A DNA stretch of 64,000 nt from Basidiobolus meristosporus CBS 931.73 (Eukaryota > Fungi > Basidiobolomycota): positions 1 to 64,000 of the forward strand of contig MCFE01000443.1 of assembly GCA_002104905.1 (NCBI GenBank). The letters run 5' to 3'. How positions within the stretch are numbered: position 1 is the stretch's first letter; each line of letters opens with the position of its first letter. Below, piece by piece: positions 41,272 through 56,300 of the stretch. The position numbers and the translations under genes are program-made. Below the pieces are notes generated by a model. That model was given only the letters and a program-made list of their open reading frames with translations, ran no database searches and was not told the DNA's origin.

Positions 41272-42928
41272 ATGAACCAATTCATATTGTCCCGTGAGCT
41301 TGGGTTGGATTCGCCGCAGGTGTTGCGCACGTTCCATCTCTTGAAACAGGTTCATTCAATCGAGTTAAGCCATAACATCGAGGTCAATAAAAAGCATTTT
41401 GGGACGGTGAACTGTTTAGACATAGAGACTGTAGAAGGACGATAGTAAAGTGTTTATCCCTATATATCGAAGCGACCTTTTAAACGCGAAGACTCAAAGA
41501 TTGTTCGCGACGTCTATTGATAGTTTGCTTTCGGGTGGGACTGATCGTGCCATATATATCTATGATTTGGAAACTCCCCCGAATGCCCATGGAAAAATAA
41601 AGATCAGCAGCATTGCCAATATACCAAGGTATTTACTTCAGTGTTCTTCCTACTTGAGAACCCACGTCTGATAGTTTTTGCAAGACAAGCTAGCCACGGG
41701 TATGGAATCAGTGGGATCAGATGGTATCCTTTTGATACCGGGATATTCACCACTTCCTCATTTGACAAAACAGTTAAGGTGTGGGACACGAACTCACTGA
41801 CGGTATGCGCGTGTTTACTGTGCGGCTCTTAACCATCGTTGCCAGATATCAGAATAACCGTTTCTTATTTAGGAGGTTTGTGGTTTTGAGTTAAATGGAA
41901 AGGTTTATTCACACGATATGTCTTCTATTGGCAGCCATTGTCTTATTGCTGGTAATCTTGGTAGACTCTAAAGTCAGTACATGCTAGCATATATTAACGG
42001 TTAGTCCTTCAGCTGCGGCGTCGGAACCATTCATACGACTATGTGACCTCCGCTCGGGTGCATTTACGCATTCCTTGACGGGGCACAAGGGATCTGTAAT
42101 CACCGCCCGGTGGTCTCCTCGAGACGAATATTTACTGGCCTCTGGTGGCGCAGATCACACCATTAGAATATGGGACATACGTAAAGCCAGAGCATGCTTG
42201 ATGCAGCTGGATCAGCACAACGCCGGTAGGGGCTAACCTTTCCTTAAGTCCGTTGTCCCCTAAGTGACATTGCTCCTCAGGAAAAGATCCATTATCCGGA
42301 ACGAATGTGGCCCACAGTGGGCTAGTGAATGGGCTAACATTCACGCAGGATGGTATGTACTTACTGAGTACGGGTCATGATGAAAAGATGCGACTCTGGA
42401 ATATGAGCACTGGCGAAAACTCTCTGGTACGGAATGCACTATCAGTAATACTTAACTGCAGGTTATTGAAAGGTAGCTTGAACGTAGACCAACTATGGAC
42501 CTCGGATCAGAAACAAGTCGCGAAGCTGTGTGTTGCCCATGATCGTTCCGAGCGACACTTGCTGGCCACCGGTGGTGTTCCACCCCTCAGACGATCATCG
42601 GATATTCATGTTCAATTTGTTCGACGGAGACCTGATCAAAGAGATGACCGGTCATTATGGCCGGGTGGCTTGTGCGGCATGGAGGATGAACTCTGAGGTG
42701 TGTTTGATAGGACTTCGAGTGTATGTTACCAAACTAAACAGTCGTAGGAGTTTTACAGCGGTGGCTCAGACCATGAGATTCTCGCCTGGAGCCCGTTCAC
42801 AAGCGAGGTGGTTGAGACAAAGCGAAGTGTATGTATCCAAATCCATCTTTCCTATTGCCTGACTAACGTAAAACGTCGCGAAACAGAAAGAAGTTGACAC
42901 ATGGAGTGATGATGACGATACTGAGTAA
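41272..42928 (+). CDS. ERCC8: WD40 TC-NER factor ERCC8/CSA (Rad28/Ckn1)
   Basis: [87 protein letters not shown]. Confidence 0.92.
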
Positions 42929-43403
42929 AAGGGATTTGGCAATGATTGCTTCACTCCTGCCCAAGTCGTTATGACCTCATCCACCCATAAGTGGTTCGGG
43001 CTATTAACCTAGATCACAAAATAGTCCGCCTGTCAAGTGATTAGTCACCTTTTTCATATTCGAGCAATATTCGAGCGATATTCTCAACGATTCGAGAAGG
43101 GCGGCGCAATAAACCACATGTGACTTTGCAATGAATGCTCTCATAATGACCTTTTTCTGGAATCATCATCTGTGAATCACCGAGCGTAGAACTCAGCGGG
43201 TGAATATGAGGCCGACTGTGTAGACCATCTTTGCCTATTCGGGATATTCGAGCCCTTGCGAAGAAAAAGGTATAAGAGTCGGGCTGGTCATGTTCCCCGC
43301 TACTTGATGTTTTTCTACCACCTTGTCTATCTACCCTGCACTGTGCACGAAGTGTTTTCGGAGTTTCCATAAGGATCTAGCGCTCGCTGTAATATTGGTC
43401 ATC

Positions 43404-43754
43404 ATGTCCAAATCGATCATCGAACTATCCACTGCACCAAACACTCCTCCTACCGGGCTCCATCATATCTTCGCGCTACTTTACTTCCTTTACTATTGTG
43501 TCATATGTTGCATCATATGGTACACAACCATACATACAGTTGACTTGGGATCAACGCAGCTTCAGGCCTATCCTAGAGTCTGTCAATTGCGAAGCGGTAC
43601 AAGGACCAGAAGCTACGCCAACCTTGAGTCATGTTTAGCCAGTAGACCAAGTAAGCGCTTGCGCTCTTCAAAGATTGTACGTTTCAGCAGATTCCAAAGG
43701 GTTTTTGACACCTACTCACCTGAGGAGTATGATCGGAGCCCTGCTATTTGCTAA
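43404..43754 (+). CDS. Small ORF ending in a PP1-docking-like motif (Bni4/Phactr-type); possibly truncated or pseudogenic
   Basis: KIVRFSRFQRVFDTYSPEEYDRSPAIC* matches the RVxF-like plus TYSxxEYDR signature but stops before the usual ELN helix. Confidence 0.4.
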   Translation: MSKSIIELSTAPNTPPTGLHHIFALLYFLYYCVICCIIWYTTIHTVDLGSTQLQAYPRVCQLRSGTRTRSYANLESCLASRPSKRLRSSKIVRFSRFQRVFDTYSPEEYDRSPAIC

Positions 43755-44185
43755 ATGACTGTCATGCTCTGTATATACATACATCATTCCCTGTATATAA
43801 GCCAATAAAACCGACGATTATCACAATCATGATCATTGCCCAGCTGGTGAAACACGGATGGCAAGAGATGATGTCTAACCCTACGGTGTAACCGGCAAAC
43901 CGGCACAGATAAAGCTGTTTCGAAGCAGGTTGACATTTGGGGCTGGTGGGAACAAACCAGTCTAGCATCAGGCATGGTTAATATAATGACAGATCTTGAC
44001 ACAACCCTCCAGCAACGAAACAGCTAGTAGGTGTATATATGTATGTATGTATGTATATATATGTTGATGTTTATTTAACAACCGAAGGTATTGATGTAGC
44101 TCGAGTGGAATGGAAAGGTATAGACGAAATAAACAAAGGTAGAAATGCCATTAGGGATGAACTAGTAAGTGACGACCAAGAAAGA

Positions 44186-45533
44186 CTACGATGACTCGCA
44201 GCTGTTAGGTTGCTCGGAGTCCAGAAATGCACCGCATGCTCTGCAAATTCAACCACTTAGTTTCATCCACTCTTACCCGAGGAGATTGGAAAAATGTACA
44301 TACCCAAAGAACCCTTCATGCTGCAAGAAGAGCGCCTTCATTTCCCCACCCGACCAAAAGTGGATAGCTTTCGACAGGTATTTCATAGCAATCTTGTTCG
44401 TTCTCAAGAAGTTCCCGGCGAAGTAGATGTTCTTCAAACCTTGAAGCCGTGCGTTAAGGTAGGCGATTTGTCCCACATTGTTGGTCACCATGTATAGCAG
44501 GGCTTTGCAAACATCCGCCTCCTTTACGTTTTCTTTGTACGAGTCGCCCATGACCAACTTCCCGAAGAAGCTGGCAGTCATGTTGGCATCCAGACCTAGA
44601 GATTCATACGATCCTCCATAAATATCCCTAAGCAGCGATATGCATTGATCAGTAACAATCGGGCAATAACCATCAATTACCTCAACCTACCCCACTGTCA
44701 TATTACACGAATTGTCGTCACCCTTGACGGCTTCTTCGAGAGTGGCGCTGAAATCCTTGGCCTGTGTCAGCAATCTGCACAAGCCATAGTACGTTCCACC
44801 GCCAATACCACTTCCAGAGACTCTCTCAAAATCGTCCCAGTTTGACACCTTTAGGATCGACACGCCAGTTCCTACGTTGACCAACAAGTATGGAAACATG
44901 TCCTCACGCACATCGCATATAGCCTTCTCCTCGTCCTTATCGTCTTCTGGGTTTGCGAAGTAGTACACCTCGTCTGGAACATTCTTTAGTAAGAAATTGA
45001 GGCCATGAATCAAGCAGTGCATCTCATCCTTCTTCTTGATTATACACCCGAGCTCCTCCTTCACCAGCTCAGCAAACTTGAAGGCCCCGCCACCTGTAAC
45101 CGAGATGTTCTTAACTCCTGAGAGTATATTTTGTGCCTTGATCAGCTTAATGGCTTGACGCATCCGGTTGGTTTCGAAGAGGATGAAATGAAGCTTGGCT
45201 TTGGGGAGTGATACGGTGAGCTTCTCGTCTCTTTGTCCCGTCGACCCGTATGTGGTGGAGGAGAGAACGAAGTCGCGAACTTTAGAGATGGCAGGATCGT
45301 TCTCCGGCTCGTAGAACATAACTGAGGGGAAAAGTCGAGCTTAGTGAATTGTCAGAAATGCGCACACAACCAGATATCAGCAGCTTACTTTTGGCCAAGG
45401 TTCCGCCAACGTCGGCACCTAAAAGAAGAAAGATGGGGAACGAGTCGGTTAGTGCGATTTCACACGTGTCGCCGAACAACAAACACTCACCAAAGTAACC
45501 GTGCTTCTTGATATCAAAGTGGGAAACGGTCAT
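44186..45533 (-). CDS. CAB1: Type II pantothenate kinase
   Basis: GADVGGTLAK, VTGGGAFKF, DEMHCLIHGLNFLL, PYLLVNVGTGVSILKV, RVSGSGIGGGTYYGL, HEGFFGACGAFL. Confidence 0.93.
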
Positions 45534-46574
45534 CGCACAGAAACGGAATCGAAGGTAGAATAGTTTAGGTGAGTGTGGTGGGGAAGTTATTTACTCGGCT
45601 GGTAAATGTGAACACCGAAGTTGCCCAAAGCAATTCTTGTAGAAGTCCGCAGTTCAAGGCAAACCATGAAATCGAGCGCATCCATTTGGCATTTATTATT
45701 CAACAAATGGATACCCCAGATCCATCGATCTGATCTCCCTGGGTGGAAGTAGGGTGGACCAACGAATGCCGTTGGCACATATATCTTGACTAATCTTGAA
45801 TTACACTCACACACACTCAGTTGTTCCGAGATGACAGATCAAATCTGGAGAGGGAAATTCGTTCCCTAAGCAAATGCATGTAAAATGAAGCTCTGACCCC
45901 GAAACTTTTTTGAAACCATTCGGCATCCCGATCTATTGGCCACAGGCTTGCCCTATTGGAAGTGCGCATAGTGCCACAACCAAGCATTTAATCTACCCAT
46001 TCTCTTATCGACTTATCCATAACTCTAATTTCAACCTTGAGCCGTCGGTTCTTACCATACTTTCATGCCCTCTTGATAAGCAAGCAAAAATTGGTACACT
46101 TTCGTCGCATTGATTGGACTCACACGCTGGTCTAGAAGCCTGCCCACTTGGTTTGAAGAAATTGGGTCAATCTTCAAGCGCTTGGCTCAATCAGAAGTGC
46201 GCATGCCCATCACACGATAGAGATTGATTGGATGTCCTTGCAAGCTCGCTCAACAAGGAAACATGGAACCAATGTACAGGGATTATACTCATCGGTCAAC
46301 ACAAACGAGATCATGTGGCTGCTTAATTTAAGCAATCTCACGAGGGAACCGTGTGTACGGTGGAGAAATGCCGGAATTGGTCAGGATTTCGATATTCTAC
46401 TGGACATAGTTGACGATCAAAAAAATGTTCATTTATTTCGCGAAAAAAACATCTTTTAGAAAAATAAACAGGAGATAAAGGTGAACATAAAGTATGGCTA
46501 CTTTATATGGAGGGGCAGAGGACTAGGTGACAATGGATGGTTTACGACGGAAGAGGGCGAGTCTACATGGCAAT

Positions 46575-48700
<2,126 letters not shown>

Positions 48701-48987
48701 TCAAACTGAACAATACCCCTCCGAACGGGGCCCACAATCCCATGGGAAAAAAGGGACCCAAAGTGGAAAAAAATTTCCTCTTTCACCTGGAAAATCACGC
48801 GGTTTTTCTGGCGATCCCCCTGGCCGGCAAGGCCATTGGCCCTTTCCAGATGGATTACCACTTTTTTTTCAGTGCTGATCAAAGTTTTTCATGCACATCA
48901 ACACTTTTTCTCGCTTTTTGCACCCGATTTTGCTAAAATTTGCGTTGACCCATGAAATTCACAGTCAACTAATCGAATACCACAACA

Positions 48988-49052
48988 AATCAATCAGCAT
49001 CATCATCATCATCAGCATCAGCATCGGCATCGGCAACAACATCAACATCAGT
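48988..49052. repeat. Imperfect (CAT/CAG/CAA)n microsatellite
   Basis: aatcaatcagcatcatcatcatcatcagcatcagcatcggcatcggcaacaacatcaacatcag. Confidence 0.75.
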
Positions 49053-49317
49053 GAATACTTTGTGAATGCTTTATTAATGTTAATATGAAATGTCTCAAAG
49101 TGTGTTCTAATCAGTACGCGATACACTCGCAACAACACTTGGTTCGTGTATGTATATACAGGTCAATGTTCCAATATCTGGGTACGTTGCATGGTGGGTT
49201 GGTGGTTGCCAATATAGGTCATGGCACTGGAAGGTCATACAGGGCTGTGATCCAAGCTTCGTCTCTGGTCAACAGTAGGTTCCATTCCCTCGACCTTCGT
49301 TTTCGGCTCGCCTGTGC

Positions 49318-50475
49318 TCAGCGTTTGTATCCCCGCTCGAAGGAGAGGCTTCCATATGATTTAAGGTGGGTTTGATTGGCGAAGGTTACCCCAAGCGTTT
49401 GGAAAGCGCTGGGTGTCCAGGCTAACTGGCGCAGTTGCTGGGCGCTTGAGAACTGCGATAATCTTGAGGCGAGAGACTGGGAGTGGGGTTTCTCGTGAAC
49501 TAGCAGCGAGCTCAACAATGCAGGAATATGGTTCTGGTTGTACACCACCGCTTCCGTACAGCAGCCATTCGGAAGCTCCGAAGCACCTGTGCTGACCGGG
49601 AATATATTTTGTCGTCCAATGCTCCAGGGGATTAAGCATATCAGCAGAACTAGGCTGATGGTGAGGAAAGTATGGTAGTCCACGTATTCCGGCAGGAAGG
49701 AGTTCAGTAGCCACCTGAACAATAATACTGAGGCTGCGATGTACATCAAAACCCAAAGCGAGTCACGTAGATGAAACCCTAATAGCTCTTCCGAGTAAAA
49801 CATTCTCATATACAGCCAGTCGTCACGATAGTTCACACTTGCCAATGCCAACTCCAGTTGACGAAACCAATCGCGCGTGGCCACCACATCACGTAGTATA
49901 AGCGTGTACATCGGACGCTTCGCATCACAGTACTGGAGAATATGCGCATACTCAAATATCTCCTTGGTGTTTCGGTTGTATTCTAGCCCATTCACAGGCT
50001 CCGCCCAGTTTTCCAGGCGCACTATTTTTTGGTAGCCTTGCTCTGGGTACACCAGCACTGAATTAACTAGATGAGAATATCCCTTTGTGGCCTCAAGGTG
50101 TGCGTTAGACTCGGTTTTGGGTAAGAACAGAGTGACGTGTATGCGGGACCTGTCTTCGGCATTGAAGGTGTCGAATAGGGAGCCAACGGTTATTTCAGTG
50201 GATTTGAGGAAATCCTGAGAATGGTTGGAAGGAAGTATCCCGATGCATACATCCAGCCCGTGTGGGTTTGTCTCAAATACCGGCGGAGTGTTCCGCGGCG
50301 GAAGATTCTGAATATATTGTTCAGCCTCCTGAACCCGTCTGGGGCCTCTGGACCAGTTCAGTTGCTTGGGCCCAAAGCTAGAGAAAGAGACATCTGCGTA
50401 CAGGTAGCTAACGGCCAAGAAAGAAAATAGATAGAGAAAAACCAGAGGAAATACAAGTAGAAGCACACTCTTCAT
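49318..50475 (-). CDS. PGAP4/TMEM246-like GT-A glycosyltransferase (membrane), DxD-like motif degenerate
   Basis: Intronless 385 aa. N-terminal TM, LDVCIGI, TVGSL, WLYMRMFYSEELLG, two internal TM helices, GCCTEAVVY. ILRDV sits where the family usually has ILEDD. Confidence 0.6.
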   Translation of the reverse strand: MKSVLLLVFPLVFLYLFSFLAVSYLYADVSFSSFGPKQLNWSRGPRRVQEAEQYIQNLPPRNTPPVFETNPHGLDVCIGILPSNHSQDFLKSTEITVGSLFDTFNAEDRSRIHVTLFLPKTESNAHLEATKGYSHLVNSVLVYPEQGYQKIVRLENWAEPVNGLEYNRNTKEIFEYAHILQYCDAKRPMYTLILRDVVATRDWFRQLELALASVNYRDDWLYMRMFYSEELLGFHLRDSLWVLMYIAASVLLFRWLLNSFLPEYVDYHTFLTISLVLLICLIPWSIGRQNIFPVSTGASELPNGCCTEAVVYNQNHIPALLSSLLVHEKPHSQSLASRLSQFSSAQQLRQLAWTPSAFQTLGVTFANQTHLKSYGSLSFERGYKR

Positions 50476-51322
50476 TCTGCCCAGTTTTGCCTTCCAAGGT
50501 TAAGAAAGGAGAAGAAAAACAACACCCGGTTAAATCGAGTCAACCATAGAGGTGTGAATCCAGGGTCAAGGAGATAAATATACAAATAGAAATAGATAAC
50601 TATTGATTTCACCTACATGGATTGGTGATCAAAATGGAACTTATTGATTGCATGGCCATTTATCCCCGGAAAAAGCTCCGCCTAGAAACACTGGCGGAAC
50701 CGAACTCCGATTATCCAGCGTGGTTTTACTGATATGAGCCTCGAGAGATCAGCGTTGCGATATCCGCGCGGTACATCGATTGCATTCTGCCCAGATGCTT
50801 GATGTAGTGAATGGTCCTCTGTATAACATGTATTATGTAGAATGAATGGTTCTCTGTATCACATGTATTGATTGGGTGGGCTTTTTCATTCCAACCACAC
50901 TGCTTATACATGGATATATCTACACATATTTTAGTCAGCCTCACCCTTTGTATCACTCGACACAGTTGTGAAGGTGGAGTCTTGCGTAACCATTAGACAT
51001 GCCAAGATTGGTGTATGCGAAATCAATTCTCTGGACTAGTTGAAGTGCGAAAATCCCCAAACATGTCGTTTCTGTCATAAAATACGGATCAAACAACTGT
51101 CTGCAATCTGCTTTTTATGGCGCCATTGCGGATCGCTTGGAAGTATTCAACATGCGATTTGCGATGTAGAAACTGCTTGCTCTTCGAAACTCATCCTTTG
51201 GCTAGATATACTGAGTTGAATGTAATCAAATGGATATATCTTCATTATGAATCTAGTTTGTAAATATTGATGTTGTGATTATGGTTGCGACATTTGTTCA
51301 CAATTACAAAAGGAATGCTGTG

Positions 51323-51653
51323 TGTTGTAAAAATTCGTAATTCCACCTAAATATTCACCTAACTTAGTCACTTAGATCATTACCTCCAAATCCCTGACAA
51401 TACTGACCAAATTCCTTGTTGGGATTTACTTAGAATATTTACCCAGAGCATGAAAATTAGATGAGCTGTTCAAACAGCCCCAAATTTTGCACACATGTTC
51501 TTGGGACCTTCCTAAACCTATTTTATGTGTTTTTTATGCCAAGACCAGGTAAAAGTATAAATACTACTTTTACATTCAATAATCATTAAGTGAAAACCAT
51601 ATAATCTACTTGTTCTCCCAATCACTTCCAATATCTCCAAGACTCTAACAACA
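51323..51653 (+). repeat. 5' LTR of copia element A (331 bp)
   Basis: Starts TGTTGTAAAAAT, ends CTAACAACA; aligns with the three other LTR copies. Confidence 0.92.
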
Positions 51654-51665
51654 GGCTATGAGCCC
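51654..51665 (+). other. Primer-binding site complementary to the tRNA-iMet anticodon arm (1 mismatch)
   Basis: GGCTATGAGCCC directly after the LTR; element B has GGTTATGAGCCC. Confidence 0.8.
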
Positions 51666-51881
51666 AGAGCTGTCACTCTCTGCAATGTCTACTACTGCTA
51701 TTACTGGAATTTTTCCCTCTGCTGAAAAGTTGGATGGATCTAACTACCAGGTGTGGAAGGTGAGGATGAAGATGATGTACAAGAAAGAGGCCTTTGGGAT
51801 ATTGTCATGGGAGAAGAATACCCTCCTAAAAATGTGGGAGAGGAAGCCTTAAAGTACCAGAAGAAAAAACAAAGTGCCTTT

Positions 51882-52213
51882 TGTTGTAAAAATTTGTATT
51901 TCCACCTAAATATTCACCTAACTTAGTCACTTAGATCATCACCTTCAAATCCTAGAGAGTACTGACCAAATTCCTTGTCAGGATTTACTTAGAATATTTA
52001 CCCAGAACATGAAAATTCTCAAAGTTGTCCAAGCAGCCCCAAACTCTGCACACATGTTCTTGGGACCTTCCTTAACCTATTCTATGTGTTTGTAATGCCA
52101 AGACCAGGTAAAAGTATAAATACTACTTTTACATTCAATAAATCATTAAGTGAAAACCACATAATCTACTTGTTCTCCCAATCACTTCCAATATCTCCAA
52201 GACTCTTACAACA
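51882..52213 (+). mobile_element. Solo LTR of the same copia family inserted in gag of element A
   Basis: 332-bp TG..CA LTR flanked by the 5-bp TSD CCTTT (51877-51881 and 52214-52218). The intact gag in element B has a single CCTTT at this site. Confidence 0.93.
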
Positions 52214-52951
52214 CCTTTAACTGCATTTGTCTCAATGTTAAGGACAAATTGCTAATTCAATGCTCAAGAGCAAAAACAGCAAAGAATGCCTGGAAGGCAT
52301 TAGAAGACACCTACCAGTCATATTCAGCTGCTAAGAAAATTTATCTGAGACAACAATTCTGTACTACAAAGATGCTGCCAGGAGAAGAAATGAAAAATCT
52401 AGTTAACAGAATTACCCTGCTGGTATATGAAATGGAATCTGTGTGCGTACCAACTACTGATGAGGATGTGATAGTTACCATCCTGAATAGCCTGACAGGC
52501 AAGCTTCAGGGCCTTGTATCAGCCCTAGAGTCCAGAACTGAAGATTTGATCTTAAATTACGCAAATGGAAGGCTCCTGCATCAAGAATTAAGAAAATCAA
52601 GTGCCAATAAGAAGGAAGAAATTGCTTTAATAAGCAATGATAACCACCAATGGAGGTATGCAAGACCCTACAAAGGCAACAGCAACCTGCTTTGGAACTA
52701 CTGCAAAAGGAAAGGACACACATCAGACCAGTGCTTCAAAAAGAAAGATAGTCAGCAGAAAAAGCCTCAATATGGATATGCTGCAACAACTGAAGATAGG
52801 CTACTCATATATGCACTAAATATGACCACAAAAAAGGATTCTCAGACGTGGTATATTGACTCTGGATCATCTCAACACTTTACACACCAAAAAAAACTTT
52901 TTACCCAATATCAAGAAATTCCAATTAAGAAGGCTTTCATGGGTGACAATA

Positions 52952-53353
52952 CCCTATGAAAAGTTATTTGGTCCCACAGGTGGATCCAATCCAGATCAGC
53001 CGTCAAGATCCCATTCAGAGACCATCATAATAACAGCAGCTTGGAATTAGTGACCCTCCTAACAATCTTATAACAAGATCATGACGGTGATTTGCTAATT
53101 TTACAGCCAAATAAAGGGATAAAACTTGACAATATTTTATTGGTGCTGTAACAATATTTGCATGGTATTGTTGTGGTCTTTTAGCGCTCTATAACTATTT
53201 TAAGTAAATCCAGTTGGCCAGGACATCCAATTGCCTTATATGGCAAGAAACTTGATGGTGTTTTGACAGCCTCACAGTGGGACTCAGATGGCATTATATT
53301 GGCAGTATGACAGCCTACTGCTGGTTCTGTATAATGCTATCATACCAATTTAC
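52952..53353 (-). mobile_element. Terminal segment of a CMC/CACTA (EnSpm-like) DNA transposon
   Basis: Begins CCCTA (fits CMCWR) exactly where copia A homology stops. Continuous with 58040 onward across the TTTAC TSD of copia B. Confidence 0.6.
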
Positions 53354-56300
53354 TGTTGTAAGTGTCTTGGAGATATTGGAAGTGATTGGGAGAACAAGTA
53401 GATTATGTGGTTTTCACTTAATGATTTATTGAATGTAAAAGTAGTATTTATACTTTTACCTGGTCTTGGCATTACAAACACGTAGAATAGGTTAAGAAAG
53501 GTCCCAAGAACATGTGTGCAAAGTTTGGGGCTGTTTGGACAACTTAGAATATTTTCACCAAAATGCCAGGTACCCAGAACATGAAAATTCTCAAAGTAAA
53601 TCCCGACAAGGAATTTGGTCAGTATTCTCTAGGATTTGAAGGTGATGAACTAAGTGACTAAGTTAGGTGAATATTTAGGTGGAAATACAAATTTTTACAA
53701 CACTCCCACTCAGCTAAATGTTCATGCTGACTAGTCCTATTTTTGACCTAAGATATTCAAACTTGTCTCTAGCTAATGGTTTGGTAAATATATCTGCAAT
53801 CATTTCATCTGTAGGACAGTAAACTAAGCTAACTAAGTTATTCTCTATAGCTTCACGTATGAAATGATGTCTAATATCTATGTGCTTGGTTCTAGCATGA
53901 AAAGTTGGATTTCTACCTAATTGCATACATCCTTGACTATCTTGAAATAAAGTAATAGGTGTTTTTGACATAGGCCTAAATCTGTAAACAGCTTTCTTAA
54001 CCACATTGCTTCTTTTGTAGCTTCACAGGCTGCCATATACTCTGCCTCTGTGGTGGAAAGTGCTACGGTTGGTTACTTTGTTGAATTCCATGAAATTGCT
54101 CCTTTACAGTAAAGAAAGGTGTATCCTGTGGTGGATCTTCTGTCTTCTAAATTTTGTCCCCAATCAGCATCAGAGTATCCCACAAGATCTTGTTCTGAGT
54201 CTTTATAAGTGTATCTTAAGCAGATATCAGCAGTTCCTTTTAGGTATCTAAAAATCCACTTAACTGCTGCAATATGATCAGATCCATAGTTCTGATTATG
54301 TTGGTTGACAACTCCCACTGAATATGAGATATCTGGATGTATTCCAAGCATGATATACATCAGACTGCCAACCTTAGATTGATAAGGAAAGTCAGGGCTT
54401 TCAGATGGCACCAAGCTCTCTTGATTTGGTTGAGTTTTGACCAAGTTAAGGTTTGTCTCCATTGGGGTAGCTGCTGGTTTACAGTCTTCCATTTTGTACT
54501 TCTTTAGTATATCTTGAATATACTTGGATTGGCTTATGGTAATAGTCTGGGTACTTCTGTCTATGGAGAACTTAATCCCTAAGTAGTAACTAAGTTCTCC
54601 TAGATTGGATATCTTGAACACCTTAGATAGGCTGGATTTAGTCTCTTCCAATGTTTCTAGGTTATTGGCGGCTATAATAAGATCATCCACATATAGAGCT
54701 AATAGAACTGGATTTGCTCTATCTGGCTTATAGTATATACTATAGTCAGCATTACTTCTTTTGAAACTCAAGGATTCCAAATAAGAATCTATCTTGCAAT
54801 TCCAGGCTCTTGGTGATTGTTTGAGACCATATAGTGACTTTTTAAGCTTGCAGACCAAATGGGGGCTATCTTGGTCAGCAAACCCATCAGGCTGGTCCAT
54901 ATACACATACTCATCAAGTTCTCCATTCAAAAATGCAGCTTTTACATCCATTTGATGAATAAAAAACTTATATTTGGCTGCAATAGCCAATATTAATCTG
55001 ATGGAATTAAACTTGGCTACCAGTGCAAAGGTCTCAGTATAGTCAAGTCCTTTTGTTTGAGAGAATCCTTTGGCTACAAGTCTTGCTTTGTATCTTTCAA
55101 TTGTACCATCAGCCTTGTATTTTGTCTCGAAGACCCATCTGCATCCAATTGATTTTTGGTTGATTGGTAATTTGACTAAGTCCCAAGTTTGATTTTCCAT
55201 CAGTGCCTGATATTCCTCAGTCATTGCAGATCTCCAAAACTTTGTCTGAGGGCTATTTAGGGCCTCTTTTACAGTCTGGGGTTCATCAATATGGACTGAA
55301 TAGGCATAGGCTAAGTTTGTACCCTCATTAATATAGTAATTTGGGCTATTTCTTGTCCAATTGGATCTCCAGGCATTTGACACTGGAATGATCACTTCTG
55401 GGATATTCCTGGGCACTGATTCTGGCTGAACCACGGTTGTAGAGTCCTCTGGAGTTAAATAATTTTCATTGTTTTGCTCTGATTCAATCCTGACAATTGG
55501 TGGACTTGAGATCAAATTTTTGTCATCATCTGATGTCATTTTTTGTGAAATTTTGAATTTTCATCAAACAACACATCCCTGGACCTGATCAGCTTCTTTG
55601 CTTTGGTATTGTAGGGTCTGTATGCCTTACTATCATTGCAGTAGCCCAAAAATATGCATTTTACACTTTTTGGCTCAAATTTTGACTGATTTCCGGCCAG
55701 TTTTTTGGCATATGCTGTAGACCCAAATATTCTTAGATGTTCTGCACTTGGTCTGTATCCATACCATGCTTCAAGTGGAGTAGAATCACAAAGTGTTCTG
55801 TTATAACTCCTATTTTTAAGATATACAGCAGCGGCAACTGATTCCGCCCAAAAATCATAGGATAATTTTTGATCATGGATCATAGATCTTGCCATATCAA
55901 TTATTGATCTGTTAGCTTGTTCTGCTACTCCATTTTGCTGTGGGGAGTATGGTACAGTAGTCTCTTGCTTTATCCCATGAATTTTGCAGAAGTGGATGAA
56001 GAGTTTTGAGGTATATTCTCCACCATTGTCAGAGCGTATTTTCTTGAGTTTTTCACCAGTTTCTCTCTCCACCATGGCCTTAAACTCCCTGAACTTAGAC
56101 AGAGCTTCTTCCTTTCTCTCCATGAAGTAGACCCATGTGTATCTTGTATAATCATCAATAAAAGTGATTAAATACTTCATCCCGCCTAAGGATAAATTTT
56201 GCAGAGGTCCACACAGATCTGAGTGAATTAGATCTAATTTTTTCTTAGTTTTGATTAACCCAGAGCTCTTGAACGGTTGTCTGGCTTGTTTCCCATATAT

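Larger units (their letters stand above)
51323..52951 (+). mobile_element. Ty1/copia element A, 5' part only (LTR, PBS, gag, protease), interrupted and truncated
   Basis: LTR 51323-51653 (TG..CA), PBS, gag with KLDGSNYQVWK, UBN2-like region, CCHC knuckle (CKRKGHTSDQC), protease WYIDSGSSQH. Homology to element B ends at GGTGACAATA (52951). Confidence 0.9.
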
